Of a DNA stretch of 35,503 nucleotides, positions 28,047-35,503 are shown one piece after another. The first letter of the stretch is position 1, and the number at the start of each line of letters is the position of its first letter. The notes beneath the pieces are model-generated. The model worked only from the letters and a program-made list of their open reading frames with translations, was not told the origin of the DNA and ran no database searches. This DNA comes from Oligoflexales bacterium (lineage in GTDB: Bacteria; Bdellovibrionota_B; Oligoflexia; Oligoflexales; CAIYRB01). The position numbers were made by a program, and so were the translations under genes. The stretch spans positions 1 to 35,503 of the forward strand of contig JBGSUI010000003.1 in assembly GCA_041736175.1 (NCBI GenBank), read 5' to 3'.

Positions 28047-29057
28047 TTGGAGACCGTTTCAACACCTATTCAGGCGCGTTTGCGCCATCACTTGCGTGAT
28101 TCAATTCGAAAATACTTTGCGGCCAGAGACTATTGCGAGGTCGATACACCCCTTGCAGTTCAATGTCCAGGGACGGAGACTTATTTAAGATATTTTAGGA
28201 CAGAGTGGTTTAACCACCGACATCAGTCACATATGCTTTATCTAAGGAGCAGCCCCGAGATCCATATGAAACAGCTCCTTTCCAAGGACTTGCCTAAAAT
28301 CTACCAAATAGGACCTTGTTTCAGAAATGTCGGCGAATATTCAGAATGGCATCATCCCGAGTTTACCATGCTGGAGTGGTATGAAGCCTCATTAGGCTTC
28401 GAGGCTTTTATGGATCAGATCGAGGGCTTTTTAACTGAAACAGCCTTGATGATGAAAGAACACTTGATTCGATACGGATTCCACCCCTCTTACCAAGGGA
28501 AAAAGCTCAAACTCTCGAGACTCTCTGTCTATGAAGCCTTTAAAGACTTTGTAGGAATCGAGTTAGTCGACCAAGACCCCGACTTAGGGAGTAAAGGCGC
28601 TGCCGCAGGTCTTTTGTCCCCTCAGCCTACCGATGATTTTGATACAGCTTTTTTTAAGATTTTAATGGAGCGCATCGAACCACACTTTGAGAGGATAGGG
28701 CCGCTGTTTTTCTATGACTACCCACCCTCCCAAGCAGCCCTCTCTTTGGTGAGAGGGGGACGAGCTAAACGAGTCGAGGTATATTTTGGACGGGTCGAGC
28801 TATCTAATGGTTTCGAAGAGCTTCTGGACCCCGTGGCGGTGGAGCAACGCTACGGCGAAGCCCAGTCGCAGAGACAGGTTTTAGGATTTGAGACACCCCC
28901 TATGGACCCTATGTTTCTTAAGGCTATGGGGGAGTCCTTTGTCCCGAGCTGTGGCAATGCCTTGGGTTTTGATAGGTGGCTGACCCTCCTTTGTGGTCAG
29001 TCCACCGTAGACCCATGGATCCCTTTTCGCAACCGGGCACCCTTCGTCATGCAGTAG
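28047..29057 (+). CDS. epmA: EF-P lysine aminoacylase (GenX/PoxA)
   Basis: YLRSSPEIHMKQLL, FRN, HHPEFTMLEWY, DYPPSQAAL, ELSNGFEEL, GNALGFDR; LysRS catalytic domain with no anticodon domain. Confidence 0.93.
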   Translation: METVSTPIQARLRHHLRDSIRKYFAARDYCEVDTPLAVQCPGTETYLRYFRTEWFNHRHQSHMLYLRSSPEIHMKQLLSKDLPKIYQIGPCFRNVGEYSEWHHPEFTMLEWYEASLGFEAFMDQIEGFLTETALMMKEHLIRYGFHPSYQGKKLKLSRLSVYEAFKDFVGIELVDQDPDLGSKGAAAGLLSPQPTDDFDTAFFKILMERIEPHFERIGPLFFYDYPPSQAALSLVRGGRAKRVEVYFGRVELSNGFEELLDPVAVEQRYGEAQSQRQVLGFETPPMDPMFLKAMGESFVPSCGNALGFDRWLTLLCGQSTVDPWIPFRNRAPFVMQ

Positions 29058-29068
29058 GATCCTATGCC

Positions 29069-31033
29069 CTAAATTTCGATCTTTTTGACAAGTTCATCAA
29101 GTCTACCGGCCAACTCGCTTAGGGATTTTGCCGCTAGCAGGAGCTGATTTGCACCCGTCAGCGTCTCCGAAGCGGACTGGGAGACCATCTTAACATTCGA
29201 CGTGATACTTTGGACTCCCTTAGCACTCTCTTGGACCACCCGTGACACTTCGTTGGTTGTCGCCGCCTGCTCTTCTACCGAAGCGGCAATGGCCCCAGCG
29301 ATACCGTTGAGTTTTTCGATCGTTTGACCAATAGCGGCCACGGCTTCCACGGCACCGGTGCTGTCCTTTTGGATACCAGTGATCTTGTTGGTGATATCCT
29401 CTGTGGCTTTTGCCGTTTGTTTGGCCAGCTCCTTGACCTCGTTGGCGACCACCGCAAATCCTCGTCCAGCATCGCCGGCCCGTGCAGCTTCAATGGTGGC
29501 GTTAAGGGCTAGGAGGTTGGTTTGTTGGGCTATCGAACTAATCACTTTGATGACGTTGCCGATTTCTTGGCTGCTCTCGCCGAGTTTAGTAATGGTGACA
29601 TTAGTGGCTTGGGCTTGTTTGAGAGTCATGGTGGAGGTCGTCGAGGCCTCTGCGGCGTTTCTGGCGATTTCCTTAATGGATGCTGACATCTCTTCGGTAT
29701 TTGTGGCAACGGTTCTCACCCCTTGGGAGACTTCTTCGGAAGCAGAGGCTGTGGAGTTGGCGATCGACGTGGAGCGTTCGGCATTGCTGCTGAGCTGGGT
29801 GGCTGTCGCATTGAGTTCAGCCGACGCCGCAGCAAGCTGCCGAGAGGCCTCGGTCACGTTTTGGACGAGGACGACCCGGTCAGTGATAATCTCCCAGGTC
29901 ACCATGGGGCCAAGATAATTTCTATTTTGATCGTATACGGCGGAGGCATTGAGCGTCAAAGTGTTTGACCCGACTTTGATCTGGGCTTTGTGGGGCAGAT
30001 TGCGGTCATTGGCGACGAGTTTTCGTTGGTGAGCTGGATTTTTGTGAAAGACGTCAAAGCTAGAGCCTACGATCTTTTCGACGGGGATGGGCAGGTCGCG
30101 TTCAATAGACCGTAAGGTTTGTGCACTTTTAGGGTTGATATAGAGAATGTTTCCGTCTTTATCGGCCATCATGACGTTGATGGGCATATTGTCAACCATG
30201 CTCTGGATACGTCCAACAGTGAGTTCCTGAGCGATCTTTTCTTTGGTTTCCTTGGTGACATCCGTCGCATATTTGACGACTTTTATGGGATTGTTGCTGG
30301 AATCAAACACGGGATTGTAGCTTGCCTGGATATAGACTTCCTCCCCATTGCGATGGATTCTTTTGAACAGGCCCGCTTGAAACTCGCCTCTTCCCAGATT
30401 GCTCCAAAAGAGGCGGTACTCAGGAGAAGCGGCGTAGGTTTTATCACAAAAAATAGAGTGATGTTTCCCCCTGATCTCCTCCATGGTATAGCCTAGAGTC
30501 TTAAGAAAATTGTTGTTTGCCTTCACAATCGATCCGTCAAAATTAAACTCGATCACAGCTTGGGATTTTCCGAGGGCCTGCAGTTCAAATTCATTTTGCT
30601 TTTGTTTAGTGATATCGAGAGCAATCTTGACGACCTTAGCAACCCGTCCCTGGGCGTCCATAATCGGGTTGTAGGAGGCGTTGATCCAGACTTCTTTGCC
30701 ATTTTTTGCAATGCGGCGAAATTCGCCACTATGGGGTTCCCCTCGACCTAACTTGTCCCAAAAACCACGGTATTCGATGGAATTGGTAAATTCTGGGTCG
30801 CAAAAAATCCTATGGTGTTGGCCCCTCAGTTCGGAAAGGCTATAACCGAAAGAGGAGAGAAAATTATCGTTTGCTTCCAGGACAGTGCCATCGGGCTTGA
30901 AATAAATAATCGCTTGGGCTCGATTGAGAGCGTGGATCACTGATCTTTGCTCGATGGTTTCATCTGAGTGAGATTGTTGTGAGTGAGGTTCCCGGGCACC
31001 CAACGAGTTAAGATTTAGGGCTATGTTAGTCAT
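29069..31033 (-). CDS. soluble methyl-accepting chemotaxis protein with three PAS domains
   Basis: No TM segments; two tandem BdlA-like PAS-PAC repeats, one Aer2-like PAS ([12 protein letters not shown]); hairpin tip [37 protein letters not shown]. Confidence 0.95.
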   Translation of the reverse strand: MTNIALNLNSLGAREPHSQQSHSDETIEQRSVIHALNRAQAIIYFKPDGTVLEANDNFLSSFGYSLSELRGQHHRIFCDPEFTNSIEYRGFWDKLGRGEPHSGEFRRIAKNGKEVWINASYNPIMDAQGRVAKVVKIALDITKQKQNEFELQALGKSQAVIEFNFDGSIVKANNNFLKTLGYTMEEIRGKHHSIFCDKTYAASPEYRLFWSNLGRGEFQAGLFKRIHRNGEEVYIQASYNPVFDSSNNPIKVVKYATDVTKETKEKIAQELTVGRIQSMVDNMPINVMMADKDGNILYINPKSAQTLRSIERDLPIPVEKIVGSSFDVFHKNPAHQRKLVANDRNLPHKAQIKVGSNTLTLNASAVYDQNRNYLGPMVTWEIITDRVVLVQNVTEASRQLAAASAELNATATQLSSNAERSTSIANSTASASEEVSQGVRTVATNTEEMSASIKEIARNAAEASTTSTMTLKQAQATNVTITKLGESSQEIGNVIKVISSIAQQTNLLALNATIEAARAGDAGRGFAVVANEVKELAKQTAKATEDITNKITGIQKDSTGAVEAVAAIGQTIEKLNGIAGAIAASVEEQAATTNEVSRVVQESAKGVQSITSNVKMVSQSASETLTGANQLLLAAKSLSELAGRLDELVKKIEI

Positions 31034-31092
31034 AATGTTACCTTCTCCTTGTAAAATCTCGATGTCTTCGATGCAAAAAATCTATAGCCCTG

Positions 31093-31119
31093 CTATCGGC
31101 AAGTTCTACAAAAACTTTT
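31093..31119 (-). promoter_or_regulatory. sigma-28 promoter for the PAS-MCP
   Basis: Minus strand AAAAGTTT-N11-GCCGATAG, near consensus. Confidence 0.85.
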
Positions 31120-31179
31120 GACAGAGGTCCTTCCAGAATGTCCCCATCGAGGTTTTAGGAGAGCTTAAAATTTTTTTAA

Positions 31180-31221
31180 AAAAATTAGAAAAGCCTACCA
31201 ATTCAGAAAATTGGCAGGCTT
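31180..31221 (-). terminator. intrinsic terminator of the large lipoprotein gene
   Basis: Minus strand AAGCCTGCCAATT-TTCTG-AATTGGTAGGCTT followed by TTCTAATTTTTTT. Confidence 0.75.
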
Positions 31222-31252
31222 ATTGGGGTTTTTTCGTACTCCTTGATGTCGG

Positions 31253-33598
31253 TTATTCGCCGCCTAATATTTCCCCATCAATCACCTCAACCACCAGCTC
31301 GTCGTCGCTCGGAGCTACCGTGAAATCAATGGGTTTGAGGTCAGCCTTAGCCGGTAGAGGGGGGACAGCATCAAGGACTAGCCCGGTACAACTACTAGCC
31401 TCTTTCATCCTTTGCTCGCCTTGAGCAATTTTGATCAAATATTTGTTATCTGCACCGAGTTCAGAGCCTGATTTGATGGAAAAGAGTGGTGCATACCAAC
31501 CTTGGGTGCTCTTTTCGCTTGGGATCCCCCAAAGCTGGCCTGGCCCCCCATAGTTAAGGCGGAATTTTTTGTCATAAAAAGAGGTGCCTCGTCCATCAGC
31601 ATCGTTTGCCTGCTTATGGGTGTAGGTAAACTGGAGCGGTGCATCAAACTTGACGACAGCTCCGGCGGAATCTTTGATTCCCGTAAACATATTCCAGCTA
31701 TCTTGCCCCATTTCCCAAGTATAAAACACCGAAGCCGTATAGAAAGCGCTTAGAGAGGTCGCATCTGCGGCAGGGATCAATTGACCTGAACGGATTCCCC
31801 CACGGTACCTTTGGCTACCACTTAGGGTGGCACCAGAGGCAAAGTCTACCTTAGTACCTCCCCGTTTGATCGCCATCTCTGATTGGACATAGTCATAGGT
31901 GACTTTGTTGGCAAACGTAGGTGGGTTAGACCAATCTCGATCTGGGCTGAAGGGGCTTGCGTTGCTAGTGCCAGCAATCATGGCGCTGGTGATGGAAGCA
32001 ACGGGACATTCGACAACACAGGCTAAGGAGAGATTACCAGCAGTGGCTGTAACATCCTCTGTGGTCGTAATGGTGATTTTTGAGACCGCGTTATTTTCTA
32101 CGAGGATCACCACACTTCCTAGACCTTCGCTCCAAAAGAAATTTTGGCCGCCTGCTAGGGTAAAGTCACTAGCAGTGACGTCTTTCCAGGATCCAGAGGA
32201 ACCATCTTGTTGGTATTCAGCTGTGACTTCGAATTTTGTTCCATTGTAGGTGACGCGCACCTGTTTAGAGGTGGTTGGATTCCATGAGTTGAGGTCGATT
32301 CCGACTATTTCGGCCAGTTTCAGTTCGATCAGGGTGTTTTTAACAAGTTTACCGTTGGATTTAATCACCGTATAGTCTTGTTTGGCATGGGTATTCCAAT
32401 CAGTGATCCGCGAGACGGTCGCTCCTGCCGGGATACTTTCATTATTTTCCGCCCAAAGTCCATAGTATCCAATATGTGCTTTGATGATTTTTCCTTTTTC
32501 ATTTTTGAATTCCAAAGGGTACCCAGAGTTAATCGTCACACGTTTGCCGTCGGATTTCGTGTAGAGATTATAGTTCCAGGCTAAGGTATAGAATTCGTTT
32601 CTATCAAAGCATTTTTCTTCTCCGGCAACACTTTTTCGCAGCATCCGGTCGTCGTTAAAGGCGACTTTATAAGCAGAGTCTTGGGACTGGCCTTGCCAGC
32701 TCCGATTTAATTTGGTGTTCATAAGCCCGCCATTGATTTCTTCTGTTGTTCCATCTCTTTTGAGGACCGCAGAGAGGGCTATATCTTGTTTTTCGTATTG
32801 ATTTTCAGAAATATTGACCATACGGACGATGATATCGCCGTTTTCGTCGCCGAATGATTCAAGACCCCCGCCGCCACCGCCACGCTCAGCCCAATTGAGT
32901 CTAAAGACGCCCACTGGGTTTTTCGCGGTCGCTCCACCTGCGACGACCAGTTTGCCTTGAAGACTGTAGGGGTCTTCCTCAGTATCAGTCTCAGAGCTAT
33001 CTTGGGAACCACCGCCACCGCCGAGCCAAAAATCCACTTGGAGTGGTTTTCCTTCTTCTCGTTTTGATTCGACGATCACACTTGTATATTGCACGGCACC
33101 TTGTTGGCTATCGGAGCTTCCCGATCCCGAGCCTTTCGAGCCAAAACATTCATCCTCGTTGACTTGGGCAAGGTATTTACCCTTATTGACCATATCAATA
33201 TAGCCTAGTCTGTTAACAAAGCAGTAGATGCCCGAGGCCTGTTGGAGAGCTTCAAAGGAATCATCTTGGACATACAGGTCAGAGGGATCGGATTCGTATT
33301 CAGTCCCCGCCAGATGAAGGCTCGTCGTGGAAGATTTTGCTGGTATGATGGATAGAGAACCGTTAAGCGCAAGTAGCTTAGTGGCTTCCGTGACGACAGC
33401 ATTGTCAACGCTGGTTGCTTTACTTGACTTTGAAGTCGAAGATTTTGCCGGCGTGCCGCCTCCTCCCGAAACGGGGACTGAATCCGTTTCCTCGGTGGTT
33501 TCCGTAGAACTCTTTTTTTTCTGGCAGCTTAATAGGGGTGTGCCTACTGATATGGCTGTGACTATCGTAAAAGTCGTGTGAATGTGTTTAGCTTTCAT
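31253..33598 (-). CDS. large uncharacterised lipoprotein (781 aa)
   Basis: ATG 33598 behind AAGGAGAG SD; signal peptide ending LLSC; Ser/Thr/Gly tether; beta-rich body. Confidence 0.85.
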   Translation of the reverse strand: MKAKHIHTTFTIVTAISVGTPLLSCQKKKSSTETTEETDSVPVSGGGGTPAKSSTSKSSKATSVDNAVVTEATKLLALNGSLSIIPAKSSTTSLHLAGTEYESDPSDLYVQDDSFEALQQASGIYCFVNRLGYIDMVNKGKYLAQVNEDECFGSKGSGSGSSDSQQGAVQYTSVIVESKREEGKPLQVDFWLGGGGGSQDSSETDTEEDPYSLQGKLVVAGGATAKNPVGVFRLNWAERGGGGGGLESFGDENGDIIVRMVNISENQYEKQDIALSAVLKRDGTTEEINGGLMNTKLNRSWQGQSQDSAYKVAFNDDRMLRKSVAGEEKCFDRNEFYTLAWNYNLYTKSDGKRVTINSGYPLEFKNEKGKIIKAHIGYYGLWAENNESIPAGATVSRITDWNTHAKQDYTVIKSNGKLVKNTLIELKLAEIVGIDLNSWNPTTSKQVRVTYNGTKFEVTAEYQQDGSSGSWKDVTASDFTLAGGQNFFWSEGLGSVVILVENNAVSKITITTTEDVTATAGNLSLACVVECPVASITSAMIAGTSNASPFSPDRDWSNPPTFANKVTYDYVQSEMAIKRGGTKVDFASGATLSGSQRYRGGIRSGQLIPAADATSLSAFYTASVFYTWEMGQDSWNMFTGIKDSAGAVVKFDAPLQFTYTHKQANDADGRGTSFYDKKFRLNYGGPGQLWGIPSEKSTQGWYAPLFSIKSGSELGADNKYLIKIAQGEQRMKEASSCTGLVLDAVPPLPAKADLKPIDFTVAPSDDELVVEVIDGEILGGE

Positions 33599-33647
33599 AT
33601 GATCTCTCCTTAGACTAGTTGTGAACCTTGGTTTAAACACAAAGGCT

Positions 33648-33674
33648 CCATCGGACTTCTGCCCAAAGACCTTA
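33648..33674 (-). promoter_or_regulatory. sigma-28 promoter for the lipoprotein
   Basis: Minus strand TAAGGTCT-N11-TCCGATGG, 50 nt upstream of the ATG. Confidence 0.6.
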
Positions 33675-33782
33675 GGAATAGGTATAAAAATGAGTTTATT
33701 TGGGATGATACAGGAAGCATTGACGGGATGCGAAAAACACCACTTTGTCAAAATGGTTTCTGCCTACCTAGGCAGGAAACGC

Positions 33783-33811
33783 TTGACTGGGCGGCCAGTT
33801 AACTTTATGCT
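33783..33811 (+). promoter_or_regulatory. sigma-70 promoter of the aminopeptidase
   Basis: TTGACT-N17-TATGCT. Confidence 0.65.
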
Positions 33812-33853
33812 AAAGGTACTATCTGATTAAAAAAAAGTGGGGGGGGGAATGAC

Positions 33854-35278
33854 ATGGGACACCTAAGCGTACGGCCTGGATTGTGGGTAGCTACTGGATT
33901 GGTGGGGATGTTGTTGGGTGTTTCGATGGGCTTTAGCGCGATCGGTGCACCACCCAGGGTCGTTTCCTTAGATCGGGAGAACGTTTTAGGTAAGGAGCTG
34001 GTCGATTTTGTATCGCTCGACCCCTCGACGATTTTATACCAGGATGGCTCTGCGGCAGTGATCGGGGTGCTTCCGGCTCCCCAAGGAAAAGTCGAAGACG
34101 ACCGAAGTTACTATATCGTTCATACGGGGCTGACGTTTGTCCCGCCGGCTCCACTGGAAAAATACGGTCAATTGATTGATTTTGTACCCGGTCAGTTTTC
34201 TCTGATGCGCCTCTCAGCCACAGAGGCAGAAAAAATCGCGAGCGAACTTCATACGGAAAGTATTGCCTGCGGGGTGTTGCTTAAACTCAGAGGGGACTCC
34301 ATATCCGAAAACTTCGCTGCAACACCCACGCCCCGCGTCCCACTCCTAGAGGCGAGTACGATCTTTAAGTCCCATATCAACAAAGTCTCAGCGGCATCCA
34401 TCCAAGCCACCGTCGACAAGCTCACCTCCTTCCCCACCCGCTTTCATACCAGCCCCACAGGCAAACAGATTGCCGACTTCCTGGCGGAGGAATACCGCAC
34501 ATTGGCCAAAAACCGCAACGATGTGGAGATCAGTACCTACGATCACGGCGGTGAGACGCCCCAAAAAAGCCTTGTGGTACGGATCATGGGCCAAGTACAG
34601 CCCGATGAGATCATCATTTTAGGGAGCCATCTGGATAGTGTGAACTGGCGGGGCGATGGCGGTGGTCGATCCCCAGGAGCTGACGACAATGCCAGCGGGA
34701 CTGCGACAAACCTGGAGATTTTTCGGATTTTGATGTCCCAAGAAATCAAAACAGACAGGACTCTCGAGATCCATGCCTATGCTGCCGAGGAGATTGGTCT
34801 TGTGGGCAGTCAGGATATAGCCCAGGATTACAAGCGAGACGGCAAAAAAGTCGTCGCGATGGTCCAGCATGATATGACTCTCTGGAAAGCTGCCAACACC
34901 CCAGACAAAATCTGGTTTGTCTCCAACAACACCGATCCGAGTTTCAATACTCTACTTGGCAAAATCATCGACCTCTATGTAGGCGTGCCTTGGGAGCAAA
35001 GATCCTTAAGTGGAGGGAGCAGCGACCATGCATCCTGGAGACGAGCTGGATATGCCACCGCTTTTCCTTTTGAAAACCCTAGCCAGCACAATCCAGCGAT
35101 TCACACAGCAAGAGATACCACAGCACAATCTCCTTATTTTGAGTTGGCTGCGGCCTTTTCTAAACTAGGTCTTGGCTATGTGCTTCATTTTGGAGGGGTT
35201 GCAGACACTGGGGTGGCGGCTGCTAAAAACGTAGCCTTCACGTTCACAGTTGGTTCTGTAACGGTCACACCTAGGTAA
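33854..35278 (+). CDS. secreted bacterial leucyl aminopeptidase (M28, Vibrio AAP-like)
   Basis: Signal peptide and propeptide; GSHLDS, PGADDNASG, YAAEEIGLVGS, SDHASW, NPAIHT. Confidence 0.92.
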   Translation: MGHLSVRPGLWVATGLVGMLLGVSMGFSAIGAPPRVVSLDRENVLGKELVDFVSLDPSTILYQDGSAAVIGVLPAPQGKVEDDRSYYIVHTGLTFVPPAPLEKYGQLIDFVPGQFSLMRLSATEAEKIASELHTESIACGVLLKLRGDSISENFAATPTPRVPLLEASTIFKSHINKVSAASIQATVDKLTSFPTRFHTSPTGKQIADFLAEEYRTLAKNRNDVEISTYDHGGETPQKSLVVRIMGQVQPDEIIILGSHLDSVNWRGDGGGRSPGADDNASGTATNLEIFRILMSQEIKTDRTLEIHAYAAEEIGLVGSQDIAQDYKRDGKKVVAMVQHDMTLWKAANTPDKIWFVSNNTDPSFNTLLGKIIDLYVGVPWEQRSLSGGSSDHASWRRAGYATAFPFENPSQHNPAIHTARDTTAQSPYFELAAAFSKLGLGYVLHFGGVADTGVAAAKNVAFTFTVGSVTVTPR

Positions 35279-35379
35279 CTGGGGATCTTGATTTTGTAGT
35301 CGGAGAGTTTGATTTGAAACCGTTCATGGTTCTTGATATCGGTCAAGATCCCTAGTGGGGTGTCCCAGGGCAATTGCAT
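35185..35379 (-). pseudogene. probable C-terminal fragment of a YceI-like protein
   Basis: FQIKLSDYKIKIPSYLGVTVTEPTVNVKATF resembles the last strands of YceI domains; only 64 aa, with an in-frame TAA immediately upstream. Confidence 0.45.
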
Positions 35380-35503
35380 TTAACTGTCCTTGACAGGATC
35401 TTTTTTCTGTGAGTTTCCTGCCACAACCTGAAGTAAAAAATCGGTATCCCAACCAGCTCTGAGGCGACGAGTAGCAATTCCAACTTTAGCTGGCGCGGCC
35501 TTT

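Noticed and set aside
33599..33751. 51-aa N-terminal extension of the lipoprotein in the ORF track
   Set aside because: The SD, signal peptide and promoter all point to ATG 33598

Overview
This is a 35.5 kb gene-dense stretch of core bacterial chromosome. Gene content and sigma-28 promoter style suggest Bdellovibrionota/Oligoflexia or a related predatory deltaproteobacterium (inference). Housekeeping genes are pepA, eno, tlyA, epmA and a LonC-type protease. There are also three exported peptidase-fold proteins (S1, glutaminyl-cyclase-like M28, leucyl aminopeptidase M28). A dispersed motility/chemotaxis set comprises STAS-Zn protein, cheA, cheW, parA, an 1827-aa TPR protein, pseudo-receiver-PilZ, FapA, a HAMP protein, a soluble 3xPAS chemoreceptor and a large lipoprotein. 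I found no rRNA, tRNA, CRISPR array, transposase or integrase. The best leads are: (1) a P2-less CheA with five FliM/CheZ-like acidic amphipathic repeats ahead of its Hpt domain; (2) six or seven FliA-type promoters linking several unknown genes to the motile phase; (3) a 34-aa very basic bS22/mS38-like peptide followed by structured RNA and an IF2_N-like orphan; (4) a non-phosphorylatable REC-PilZ protein; (5) a BdlA/Aer2 hybrid receptor. All family calls come from motif recognition by eye, not database searches.
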